A stretch of 57,697 nucleotides of DNA, the filler included, from Jimgerdemannia flammicorona (lineage: Eukaryota): NCBI GenBank assembly GCA_003990765.1. It is 3 parts of 3 records of this genome, joined end to end, with 100 filler letters (N's around TTAATTAATTAA, not from the genome) between each part and the next. Parts side by side here need not be neighbours in the genome. Positions count along the whole stretch, not along the records: positions 1 to 19,167 come from RBNJ01002008.1; 2 more parts are not named here. One strand, 5' to 3'. The translations under genes and the position numbers were made by a program. Positions 1-11,106 of this stretch are shown here, one piece after another. Numbering within the stretch: position 1 is the first letter of the stretch; each line of letters starts with the position of its first letter. The notes beneath the pieces are model-generated. The model made no database searches. It saw only the letters and a list, made by a program, of their open reading frames with translations, and was not told where the DNA came from.

Positions 1-624
1 TCATCAAGAATGGAACTGTTAAAGGATTGATGCCAATGAAAAATGTCACATAAAAAAAATAAAAAAATAAAAAAATAAAAAAGCATGATCCCACAAAACA
101 CGTCTATAACAGTATGTTGCGCAATGCATTCGTGGTAGCAAGAAGACATCAATTTCATGCTATCCCCGATGAACATCACATCGTGCATGTTCTTCGAACA
201 TCTCTTTATACAACCCATTCGCACTGCGCGTGCGCAACTACTCCAGCACACACCCCAAGATCTCGGACAATTCCAGCTGTAGGGTCGTCTAGGTGTTAAT
301 CCGAAGAAGGGAGCATAGTGTTGAAACTGGATAACGTATGGGATTTTGTGGACGGGTTGTTGAAAGGTATTGATTAAGTTGGAAGGGGTACGAATCGACG
401 ATAATTGTTGTTGCCTGTCAATTCGAAGCCGAAGCCGCGGTGTATGGGGAAATAATAAATCGGCCAAATAACTCTCTCAATAAGGACGCGATCATAAGTA
501 TAAACGCACGACCATGGCTCTTTATTTTACCGCCTCACAATAAGCCAGAAAAGAGGACAATTGGGCTGGAAAGCGGCTAAACTGTATCATATCACCAGTG
601 CATAGGGCGTCAGCAGGACGTGAG

Positions 625-1149
625 TTATGGAATGGTTCGGTTTGCAATAAATGACTTAATAGTAAGGTATGTCCCACTCTGGTCAAGATAAATCGGCTCG
701 TTATTCGTCGTACCAGAGAAATGATATATTACCCCATCGTCTCCAACAAATTTGAGCCGGTCGCCGGCATCATCTGTCCAGAATGCTTGATATCGATTGG
801 TTTCATCGCAAGCATTGAGGATAAGACGAAGACCACCTACAATGGGGCATTGTCGGGGAGTCTGTATTGAGAATATACTTGAAGGCATTTGTCCGGCACA
901 ATGCCATCATAGACAAGAAGACCATAATCCGCGACGGTGTGGTAGTAAAACCCGGCTGGATCAGTCAAGATAACGGCGGTTTGAAAGCCCTGAGTGGTAT
1001 GTCCGGCGTTGTCGCAGGCGATATTTTGGTTATTGAGATTGAGTATCATGTGATTCCCGGTACGAAACGTTCTCTTTTCGAGGGGCATGGAATCGACCGA
1101 TTTCGGAGGGAAGGCGAGGAGGGCGAGGAGCGATGGCGGGAGTCTTCAT
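625..1149 (-). pseudogene. Frameshifted secreted protein with ricin-B/beta-trefoil-like motif
   Basis: Joining three frames gives MKTPAI/LLALLAFPPKSVDSMPLEKR (signal peptide plus Kex2-type KR), then ...DKCLQVYSQYRLPDNAP/IVGGLRLILNACDETNRYQAFW, matching the ricin-B C-L...C...Q-x-W/F pattern. Frameshifts near 1131 and in a C-run (minus strand) near 845. Confidence 0.5.
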
Positions 1150-1205
1150 GACCAGGTTCGGGACTTCGGGAGTTGGTTGGTTTTGGGAGTTTGATTGGTT
1201 GTTTG

Positions 1206-2400
1206 TTTCTGGCTAGGTAGTAGTGGAACTTGTCTACTGCCCAGACTACTGCTAAGCATTCAAGCTTGTATGACTTGTAGTTCTGTTCTGCTCCATGGGT
1301 ACCTTGGCTTGCATAGGAGATGACATATTCATGTCCATCTTTCTTCTGAGCTAGTACAGCTCCAAGTCCTATAGCACTTGCATCTATCTGGAGGATGAAC
1401 TCTAGGTTCCAATCTGGTCTTCTGAGGATGGGTGCTTGGGTCAATCTGGTCTTGAGTTCATTGAAGGTTTCTTGATATTCCTTGGTCTATTCAAACTTGG
1501 TCTCTTTCTTCAGTAGCTTGTAGATAGGTGCTGCAATATTGGAGTATCCTTTGATGAATCTTCTATAGTAGGAGGCCAGTCTAAGGAAGACATGGACTTC
1601 TGTAATTGTTCTAGATCTTTTGTAGGCTACAACAGTCTCAATCTTCATGGAGTCTATGTAAATTCCAGTCTGGTTGATGATATGTCCTAGATAGGCAATT
1701 TCTTGAGCTGCAAACTTATACTTTTTGGACTTGATATAGAGGCTATGCTCCTTGAGCTTCTTGAGAGCTAGTTGTATGTGGTTGACATATTCCTGTGCAG
1801 TGTTGCTGAAAATGATCACATCATCAATATAGACAAAGAGCTATTTTCCAATCTCATTGCTGAAGACTCTGTTTATAATTCACTGAAAACTTACTGAGGC
1901 ATTGCACATTCCAAATAGTATTTATAGATAAACATAGGTGGCATCAGATGTGATGAAGGCTGATTTCTTACTAATATCTTGAGTGAGACCAATCTGATGA
2001 AAACCTGAGAATAGATCCAAGGTAGTGTAGTATTTGGCTTCACTTTCAAGAGTGGTAAGGATTTCTTAAATATTTGATAAGGGCTGCCTATCCTTCTTAG
2101 TAATTGCATTGAGCTTTCTGTAATCAATATAGAGTCTTGGGATAAACTTTCCAGACTTGCTTTCTTTCTTTAGAGTGAGAACAATGAGTGAAGTCCAGGA
2201 GCTAATAGCTTGCTTAATAATACTGGCTTCTTTCATTTCCTTAAGTTCTGCTTATAGCCATTCTCTATAAGCAGGTGGTATAGATCTGGCTTTCTGATAG
2301 ATGGGCTTAGTATCACTAGTATCAACTTTGTAATAGTACTTGAGTTCTTGTTGTAGATATTTCTGAAGTCTGTAGTAAGTACTCCTTCATTCTGATACAG
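1206..2400 (-). pseudogene. pol: Gypsy reverse transcriptase and RNase H (disrupted)
   Basis: YIDDVIIFS (YxDD), YLGHII, FLRLASYYRRFIKGYS, LQIDASAIGLGAVLAQ, ELECLAVVWA-like motifs. Confidence 0.92.
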
Positions 2401-2499
2401 AATCTTGAGAAGTTATTCTTCTAGGAGAAAGTTTTCTCTAATAGTATATGTGTACTTATTCTGGTCCTTATCTGTCTTGTGCTCGAGTTCAGTAATCTT

Positions 2500-2820
2500 G
2501 GTGACAGCATAGGCTCTTTTTCCAGTAGATCCAAAGCCTTGTTCTTCTCTCTTGGTCTTGATGAGTTTGATGACTTCAGTGAGGGCTTCTTGACTTCATG
2601 GATCAGCATCTGGCCAATTCTGTCATGCTTCTTGACTTTGAATGGAGTGATAGAATTGTGATTTCTAACTATAAGAAAGATCTCACCAGTATAATCAGAG
2701 TCAATAACTTCTTCTTCAACTGAGATTTTGCTCTTAGCCAGACTGCTCCTGGTTTTGATAATTCTGGTATAGTTTTCTGGCAACTTGACTTCAGGATAAA
2801 ACTTCTTGACCTTGAGAGTG
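2500..2820 (-). pseudogene. dut: dUTPase domain within Gypsy pol (motif 1 apparently deleted)
   Basis: RSSLAK (motif 2, RSG), EVIDSDYTGEI (motif 3, GxIDxDYxGEI) and KHDRIGQ (motif 4, GDRIAQ) in ORF 2421..2783. Confidence 0.85.
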
Positions 2821-3373
2821 ATGTCTAGTTCTTGTTCCTCCTCATAATCACTATCAGCTTGAAGCTCTGGGGGCTGGTCATCTTCTTTGGCTTTCCTTTT
2901 TGCTTCAGTAGCTTCTTACTCATATCTTTGTTAATAGATTTTTCTGACTTTACTGATGTAGAACCAGTAGTTATTCAGATATTTAGAGTAGTACATTCTA
3001 GCACCATGAGGGTATCTTCTTTGAGGGGCATAGCCATCAATGATCTTATTATACCATTACTCATCTGTGAGCTTAGGTGTCTTGTTTTTATTCTTATATA
3101 CCAAGTATATGAAGACTTCTGTATCCTCTTTATCTCCTTTCTCCATGTTTGATAGTACTTCTTTGTAGACATTGATAGAAACTTGTACCTTTCTTCCTCT
3201 ATAGTTGATCTGTATCTTCTGAGCATTGAGATTAATGATAGTCTTGGCCTTGTGAAGCCATTGGTTACCAATAAGGATATCATAATTGGTGGTGCTTGTA
3301 ACAATTATGTCTACTGAGATAGTAGCTCCTCTAATCTTGATAAAGACTTCTTAGATCTTATCTAGAGAGGTAG

Positions 3374-5424
3374 TATAAGAGGGTTACTTATTAGGATAAC
3401 TGTTATGTAGTTCTGGAAGAGTTTTCTGAAAGTTCTGAATATTCTGAAAGACTGTTTCTTTAAGTCAGATCAATTTCATATAGAGTATGTCCTCTATGCT
3501 TATTGATTTCAAGATTGGATTGATGTCTTAACTAAAGTTTTTTTTCAGACTAGTTCTGGATATTCAGGATTTTCTATATTTCAGGAAGTTCAAGAAACTA
3601 AGACCAGCTTAGCATATCACTGCAGACAATACTCAATTATAAATTTCATGATATAGAACCTAATGGAGTGTAGATTTACTTAAGAGTAGTTTGTGGGTTA
3701 TTAAATAGGATTATTTACTATTCATGATATTACTATACTAGGAGTAGTTATGTAAAGGAATACTGTGGAGAAGTGTTTAGAAGTTGTTCTTGTCTATTTG
3801 AGTCTGAGATTCTGAGGTCTGAGGGAGGGGGTATTTATACTAATAGAAGGCTATCTAGACTAGACTAAATATAGATGTAGTACTTAGTGCCTTACTGAGT
3901 CAAAATATAGTTATATAGTATAAGTGTGAACTGATATATCAAGAGATCATCTAACTGCTGAGTCAGTTTACAGTTATATTGTACAAAGCTAATCTAACTA
4001 TACTAATGACTATTAGGCTATCTATAGATTTAGATACTATCTAAGTAGTCATTGATGATATCACTATTGATAATATCATCTCTGATGAAGTAGTTATCTA
4101 GAAAGAGTAGTTCTTAGATTACTTCTTCTTATTCACTCAGATAATAATATATTGAAACTTCATCACTATCTCATAGAATAGTATCATCTATCTCATATAC
4201 TAAGTATAGAGTTAGTAGATGAAGGAGGAGTATATTGACTTTACTTTTATTGAATTCACTATCTGTATATCTTTTATAAGTTATAGTACTATGAGTTGTA
4301 GAGTTATAGTATACTGGTAGTTGTTATTCATATTACTCATACTTAGATAGTAGAGTTGTCAGTTTGATTTCAAGAGTTGTTTGGAGATATAGATTGTATT
4401 CTCTAGTCTCTTCATTATAGTTGAAGTAATCAGAAATAAACATAGATTGATACTCATACCAGTGGTCATTGTTCCAATAGGTCTCATAGGTGGTTATAAA
4501 CTGTTGTAAGTTTATTGGCAAGATTGGTGGAGTGATTAGAGTTAGTAGGAATCCTTAGCTTGAGGTCATATCAGTATCAAAGGAGTTGTTATCTTCTGCT
4601 TCATTATCATCAAACTAGATTATATTATAGATATCCTTCATAGTATATCCAACTTAGGGCATTTTCAGGATGTGGTCATTGGGATGTAGGAAGGTTCTGT
4701 CTATAGTTTGAACATACTCAATGTACTTGTAGTTGAGGTCTTGTATCATATCATTGATTTGGCCATAGGACAGGGTTACAACCATTTCTGTAGTAGTAAC
4801 TCAGAGATAGAGAATAAAGGTACTATACTTATAGAAGAGTTCTTGGTGTTTGCAGATAATGAGTTTCTGGTGTTGAGACATCTGAGTAATATCTGTGTTA
4901 TAGTGGTATTTGACTATATCTTTCAGGAGGCAGTTGATCTGATAGTAGCTTGAGATTTGTCCAATTTAATGGGTCTTGCTAAGTATATTCAGGGCATTTG
5001 ATTGGACTTATATAAAGTAGAAAGGTGCTAGGCTATGGATGTTTATGAGGGGTAGAGGGAGTGTAGCTCAGTTGACAATAGCATTCTAAATGTCAGTACA
5101 GATGCAGTTGTAGATCTCAGTGGTCATATTTGTGTATATATTCAAGAGTTGGAGTTATTTGTTTGATTTATTGTAGTTCTCTATTTTGATATATCTGAGT
5201 ACTCAGTATATATATATTTGGTCATGATTGGTAAGATTCTGTTTATATAAATCTTATATTCTATGACTTTAAGTTGACTCAGCTTTATATTCTGTGACTT
5301 TGAGTTGACTTAGCTTTATATTCTGTGACTTCAGTTTGACTCAGCTTTATGATCTTATAGATGATTTTCTGATTTGTTCAGAGGTGATATGTGATTTTAG
5401 TAACTTAGAAGTTATATGCTTACA
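3374..5424 (-). mobile_element. Solo LTR, family C (about 2.05 kb)
   Basis: Element termini TGTAAG...CTTA(T)A. 5-bp TSD ggtag/agtag. TATAAATACCC at about 3830-3840. Its 3' part matches 19490-20232. About 33-bp tandem repeats at about 5255-5350. Confidence 0.85.
4333..5127 (-). pseudogene. LTR-encoded accessory ORF, family C (distant homolog of 39607-40443)
   Basis: One frame interrupted by stops: MTTEIYNCICTDI*NAI...PLINIHSLAPFYFI...YYQINCLL...KHQELFYKYSTFILYL*VTT...LSYGQINDM, followed by an acidic patch. Confidence 0.6.
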
Positions 5425-5999
5425 AGTAGCTTATATACTATCTGCTATAATATAGACCATTCTGGTGGACTCTTCAATATCCTAGCCCAGGTGGTCAATT
5501 GTCTTCTTGCTCATAAGATATTCTCTAGTACTAGTATCAATGATGACATCAAAGATATAATCTTCAATCTGATATTAAGTATAGGCTGAGGTCTTGCACT
5601 GATCTTCAGATTCTTTGCCTGAGTCTTCTTGTTCATCTTCTTGTATATTGTGAACTTCTATGATCTTGTACTCTTGGTTCTTGATAGTGATTATAAGTCC
5701 TATTCTCAACTGCTGTCTAGAGACAGAGACTTCTGCTAGTTATCCAAAAGTAGTATTGATCTTCTGTTCCTTAAGATCCTTATAGATATCATACTAGTAA
5801 ATCTTGGTCTTGTATATCTTCTGTTCTTTCTTGCTTTTGCTTTCTCCTGAGACTGGAGTGGTGTCTTCAATAATTTGGCAAATATCTTTATTTAACTCTA
5901 TATCTTGATCAATCTCCTCAGATTGGGTCTTACTTTGAATAGTGATAGCTGAGGTCTTCTTTGATCTTCCAACTAGCTTGCTATTACTCTTCTTATCAT

Positions 6000-7013
6000 A
6001 GAACTTGGACTGGGTTCTGGTAGGTTCAGTAATAGGGTAGAATTCAGACTTTTTATAGTATTCTTCATCATCAGTATCACCAATCTCCTCAATGACTACT
6101 GTATTGGTTTACTCTCTGGTTCTGGTAGTATTACTTAGTTGAGCTCTGTACCTTGTTTGGTCATACAACTCTTTGCATAGTGGTCTTCTTCTCTATATTT
6201 GAAGCATGTGATAGTATATTCCTCTGTAGTAGTTATAAACTTCTGTACTGGTCTTCTGTTAGTACTTCATACTTCCTTAATAATATCACCAAGATGTATA
6301 GGCATCTTGTCAAACTACTGAGTGAGTTCCTCTACTGGGTCAGCTTTGGCCTTATGGGGAATAGATGGGAATAGTTGTCTGTTGATAGCTATGGTGAGTA
6401 TAATACTGGTTGGCTTTAATGGCTCCATCTTGATGCCAGTTATTTTTTCTATTGAGTGTTTAGCAGAGTGTCTAGCAGTCTAATATCTCTGTGCAAAGAC
6501 TACTTTCTGATCAAGAGTTAGAGCAGCTGGGGTAGATTGGATTACTAGGGCAATTTCAGAATTGACTTCTTTGAAAAAGGTTAAATCAGCTATTTGTTCC
6601 TTGAGGGCATCATTATAGCTAGCCAAGACAATCTGGTGGCTAATTTAGGTATAAAATGAGTTGAAATCTTCACTGAGTCTCTGGTAGATAGTATTGAGAG
6701 AGCTTGCTTAATCTCTTTAATATAGTATATAGTTCTGAGGAAGTTCTTCATGTTTGGCTATACTAGCATCAATAATGGTGACTGCATTGAACTTGTCTCT
6801 AGCAGATCTTCTGAGGCTGACTGATAGAAGAGCCAATTGTGTATCTATGGTAAAGACTCATATAGCAGCAAATTGTTCAAAGTTTTCAATAAAGATCAGA
6901 ATTGACTCTTTAGTAATAAATCTATAAAATGTGAAGGAACACATTTCTATCTTATCTTGAATTCTTATAGGGGTGACTTTGTAGTCAGAGTAGTTATTGT
7001 AGTGATTGCTCAT
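6000..7013 (-). pseudogene. gag: Gypsy gag (family A) with degenerate CCHC knuckle
   Basis: Homologous to ORF 38486..39025. ITCFKYREEDHYAKSC knuckle relic at about 6165-6215. Confidence 0.8.
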
Positions 7014-7069
7014 TTTTTAGCTTAAAAGTGAGGGATTCATCTTAAATCACCAGTCAATAGGTACTAAGT

Positions 7070-8593
7070 TGTTATGTAGTGGGTGTTGAGTTCTTCAAAT
7101 ATATCAGATTCTCTTCAAGGTATATCTCTTAGACTAACTATAAGTTTGTTATAAGTAAGTTCTTATTGGAGTGTCTTCTCAAGATCTTATAGTCCTCAAA
7201 CTTCTTATCTTTAAACTATCTTGTTATCTCTTAGATTGCTTATATAGAATTGAGTATAAGTAAACTGAGAGAACTAACTTTATTTCAAAGAAAATGAGAG
7301 GGATATTTATATAAAATATAATTCAATGATTGCTAAGATATAAAGCTAAATATTAATTCCAATAACTAAATAAAATACTAGAATACAGAAAACTTTAGTT
7401 GTAAGTACAAATTTGAGTATTTGTATAAATGGTTATATAAGTTCAGAATGTTGATAGATTTCAGTGATATAAGAAAAGGATGCCAGAAGATTCAGATATT
7501 ATAAAGAACTTAGAGCAGAATATTCAGAACTCTGAGTACTTCATCTTCATCACTATTATCAAGATTAGAGATCAGGAACAGGATGTTGTCAAAAGAGATG
7601 AGGTTGGTGAATATTTTGTCTATTTTGCATATGTTGCATATTAGCAGGATGACATTATTACTAATGATGTCATCATGGGTGATATCATCATGTTTAGCAG
7701 CAAGAGTAAGAAGATCTGAGGCTCTCCAATATATGAGGTTCTCTTCAACAAAATAAGGGACAAATGTGGGGTCTTGGGAAGGTCAACCCTAGATACTGGG
7801 GCTTTGAAATACTGAGATCAATCTCTGTAGGATAGAATTTCAGAACTCTTCTACCTCATCACTATTGAGAGTGATAATAGATTGGACTTCTATAGTGACT
7901 ATGGCTTCCAGTACATTGATATAGCAGGCTGACAATTCCTTGAAGTCTGAGACTCTAGTATACTCCAAGTTAGATATGGACTATAGTATATGTCTAAAGA
8001 TCTGATAAATCTTCTTAGTTGTTCTTATTTTATATGCATCTATGGAGGTGGCCTCTTGTATCTCTTGGGAACTGATCTGAGGGAATTTCCAGCAAAGGAG
8101 GTTTTCTATTTCATACTCTTGCTATATTCAGAGATATTTAGTAGTGATAGTGATCCTTGTTTCCATTTCACAGTAATAGAGAATAAAGTGATAAGGGTCA
8201 CCAGTATCCAGGTTGAGGCTAGGAGTCCTTCTTGTATAAGTCCTCATAGCTCTTCTGATATCTTGGAATATTCTTTCTTAGACTTAGAATCCTTGGTGAT
8301 TCCTAGACCTTGAGGTTTGGCAGGCAGCAGACATTTTGTTTATAGTGAGTCTTTGAGCTATTTTGGAGTTTTGTGAGTCTTGTTTGAGTTGCTACTACTG
8401 TAGTTCCTTAGTCCTTCTTTTATATTCCTTGATATGTCTATCTTATGATTATAATGACTTATGGTTAATCATCATTGCTCATCTTGTAGCCTGGGTGAGT
8501 TATGCTGTATGATCTTCTTGTGCTCTAATCTGGTGACTTGTAAGGAAAGACTGTCTCCTGTAATGATGTCACCATTCTGAGGTCATCATTATA
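7070..8593 (-). repeat. 5' LTR of family A copy 1 (about 1.52 kb)
   Basis: Colinear with 39146-40684 and 53119-54693. TG...TA (CA mutated). PBS-like sequence just inside at about 7050-7067. Confidence 0.9.
7510..8334 (-). pseudogene. LTR-encoded accessory ORF, family A copy 1 (disrupted)
   Basis: Aligns by eye codon-for-codon with 39607-40443 (ATG at 8334, stop at 7510), with extra stops and a deletion. Confidence 0.75.
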
Positions 8594-9330
8594 ATATATT
8601 TAGATATATATATATAATATATATATTATCAATAATACTAATTAGTATAAGTTTAAGCCAAAAGCTGACAAGTATATATTTCTTAGATATATATTCTGAC
8701 AAGATATATTAATATTAGAATCTATATAAATATTATATAATAATCTTATATAATATGTAGTTCAATGAAAATTAGGAACTCTATATAGATATATCTATTA
8801 AAATCTTTTCTTCAACCTCTACTTTATTATCTATATTTTAGCAAGTATAACATCTGACACCAATCTCTCCAATAAAGCAAAATTATTTTCAACTATTATA
8901 CATATCTGAGCCAGAGTTATCTGAGCTAAGAATAATGAAGATTAAGAATAATAAGACTGATAATGAAGAATCTATTAAGAGTAAGGAAAAGTCAAAATAT
9001 AAGTCTAGGAATGAGACTCATTTCAATTTAGAAAATTATTGGAATATATCAGTAAGCTCCAGATAGTAATACAAGGACTATATTATCTATGCTAAGATAT
9101 ATGAATATATATTTATTACAACCTCTGGTGAGCCAAATATGTATATAAGATGAAGTGATAACTTTTTCTGATAATAAGAGATAAAAGCAAGCCATGGATA
9201 AAGAGTATAATTTGTTCATTGAGAATGGCACATGGGATCTAGTACCCCTTTTGACCAATCAACAAACCATAGGATCACATTGGGTCTATAAAATCAAGTA
9301 CAAAAGTGATGAAAGCATAGAACAGTATAT
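8594..9330 (+). mobile_element. Ty1/Copia fragment (integrase C-terminus and RT N-terminus)
   Basis: KFKPKADKYIFLRY (KLxPKAxKCIFLGY) and KQAMDKEYNLFIENGTWDLVP...IGSHWVYKIKYKSDESIEQY are classic Copia motifs. Confidence 0.85.
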
Positions 9331-9549
9331 ATAGTACAATATGACCAACCTATATATCTTGGTAATTTTTATAAATTTTTAAAGAAATAGAGAAAAGATA
9401 TAAACAATCTGGAATCATAGAATAATTCTTTAATTGAATTACTACAATTCGATGGATTTAGAATTTTTATTATGTTGAACCAAAATTTGGTGCATCCCAT
9501 ACTTCTTAAAAAGGAAATCACTATAAACTAAATGAAACAGACAATTGTG

Positions 9550-9790
9550 ATGAACGATTGATTGAGACGAACGATTGAGACAAACGATTAAGACGAACGA
9601 ACGATTGAGACGGACGATTGAGAGACAAACGATTGAGACAAACGATTGAGACAAACGGTTGAGACGAACGATTGAGAAAATGATTGACGGACGATGTAGA
9701 CGCGATGGATGATTGAGGCGAGCGGACAACGGACGATTGAGCAGGCGGACGGCGGACGATTGAGTAGGCGGACGACGTACGATTGAGGCA
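9550..9790. repeat. Tandem array of ACGATTGAG-core units (about 13-17 bp)
   Basis: More than 10 imperfect copies of (a/g)acgattgagac(a/g). Followed by a duplicated tcacgaaaatcgcgct at about 9832-9869. Confidence 0.85.
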
Positions 9791-10162
9791 GACAGTCGAA
9801 ATAGTGCAATCTGACAATGTTATCTAATTCATCACGAAAATCGCGCTACAAATTCACGAAAATCGCGCTCTATAACCCGCATCACGTGACATTTTGCGCC
9901 AAATTTCGGACCTACAATGTTCGGTTGTGGTTCATTTGAGCGGTGACCAACTGAAGTGCATTTGTGCTAATATCCAAGTTTACCATTGAGAAAATAAATC
10001 AGGTTTGCGCGCATGTGTTTATATGCAATCGTCTAATTTACTTTACAGGTGATATATTTACGCGTCTAAACTATCTGTAGTATTAAGAATAATCATGTGG
10101 GAATAGCAGATTCAAAAGGGCTATTGTCTTTCATTTATTCGCAAAATTTTTCCCACTTCCGC

Positions 10163-11106
10163 TTACAGAATGGCGGCGAAGACGCTGACGAGAACGGCCA
10201 TGGCGGCGACAAAAATGGAGGCGGTGAGTGACCCAGCAGCGCTTGATGAAGGGGTAGCAGCCGAAGGCGACGAGGCATTGGAATTGGCGTTGGAACTGGC
10301 ATTGGAATTCCCGTTGGAGCTCACATTAACGACAGCGTTTAAACCGGTGTTGGGAGAGTTGGTAAAGAATGGTGGGACTGACGAATGAGAGGCTGAGGGA
10401 GCGGGATTTTTTGATGTGGTGTTAGCGGTTGTTGTGTTAGCGGAGCCAGCAACAGAGTACACAGGCTTCGTCGCCGAGTAATCGCCGGGGACGAGACGCC
10501 AGCATCCTGCCGATGAGCTGTTGTAATGGGAAATATCGGTGAATATTCGAATACGGATGGTTTCTGTTAATAATAGTAATAATAATAAACTCGTTAAAAA
10601 AAATAGAATAGTTACCGGCCAACAGGGCAATCGTCACCATTGCAGCAGCGAATACAGAAATCGCTTGTAGAGGGTTCGACGAGATTCACAAAGCTGGTGT
10701 AGCCATGGCATAAAGCGCCGGCAGGGGCCTTCATGTCGTACTGACCGCCTTGATCTTTGGAACTCAAGTTGTATTTGGAAATGTCTAGCAGGCCTGTAAC
10801 CTGTACGTATTTTGCGGTCTTTACCAAGTGCGCTGCGGTAATAAACCCATCGGGAAAGATTTTTGCATTTTGGCTGTTGGCCATTGACTGCGTGCAGAAG
10901 GGGACAGCGTTGATTTCGCTAAGAGAGATATCACCACCAGGAGCGGGCGGCAAGAAGAAGCAGAAATTGTTGATGTCTTCGATGGCGGCAGTACCACCGA
11001 TGGCAGTAGTAGATGTTGTGGTCTTCTTCGCAGCTTTTGCTACTGGTTTGGCGCTGGCAACGATAGCGAGGGCTAGGATGGCGGAAAATGTGAAGATGGA
11101 GCGCAT
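10163..11106 (-). CDS. Secreted Cys-rich, Ser/Thr-rich, putative GPI-anchored cell-surface glycoprotein (MP88/macrophage-activating-glycoprotein-like), 281 aa, 2 exons (11106-10616 and 10517-10163)
   Basis: Signal peptide MRSIFTFSAILALAIVASA. Conserved FCFFLPP...YVQVTG...GGQYD...FVNLVEP...FCIRCC. A 98-nt GTAAC...CAG intron (10615-10518) restores frame to RSSAGCWRLVPGDY. S/T/N-rich stalk and hydrophobic C-terminus. Confidence 0.9.

Larger units (their letters stand above)
3170..5590 (-). pseudogene. Gypsy aspartic protease split by a solo-LTR insertion
   Basis: N-half at 5425-5590 (VIIDTS, i.e. DTG; YIIADS). C-half at 3170-3373 (YDILIGNQWL). Confidence 0.8.
1206..8593 (-). mobile_element. Degenerate Ty3/Gypsy LTR retrotransposon, family A copy 1 (5' LTR, gag, PR, dUTPase, RT, truncated RNase H)
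   Basis: Domain order on the minus strand is gag-PR-dUTPase-RT-RH. RT/RH is highly similar to 56300-57680. LTR at 7070-8593. Truncated within RNase H at about 1206. Confidence 0.92.

Noticed and set aside
1..365. Stop-free Cys-rich frame on the minus strand running off the window
   Set aside because: No recognisable motif or clear start, and it passes through a T-rich low-complexity tract.
9442..9817. Overlapping ORFs and possible CRISPR-like array
   Set aside because: Low-complexity translations of a tandem repeat; no unique spacers and a eukaryotic context.
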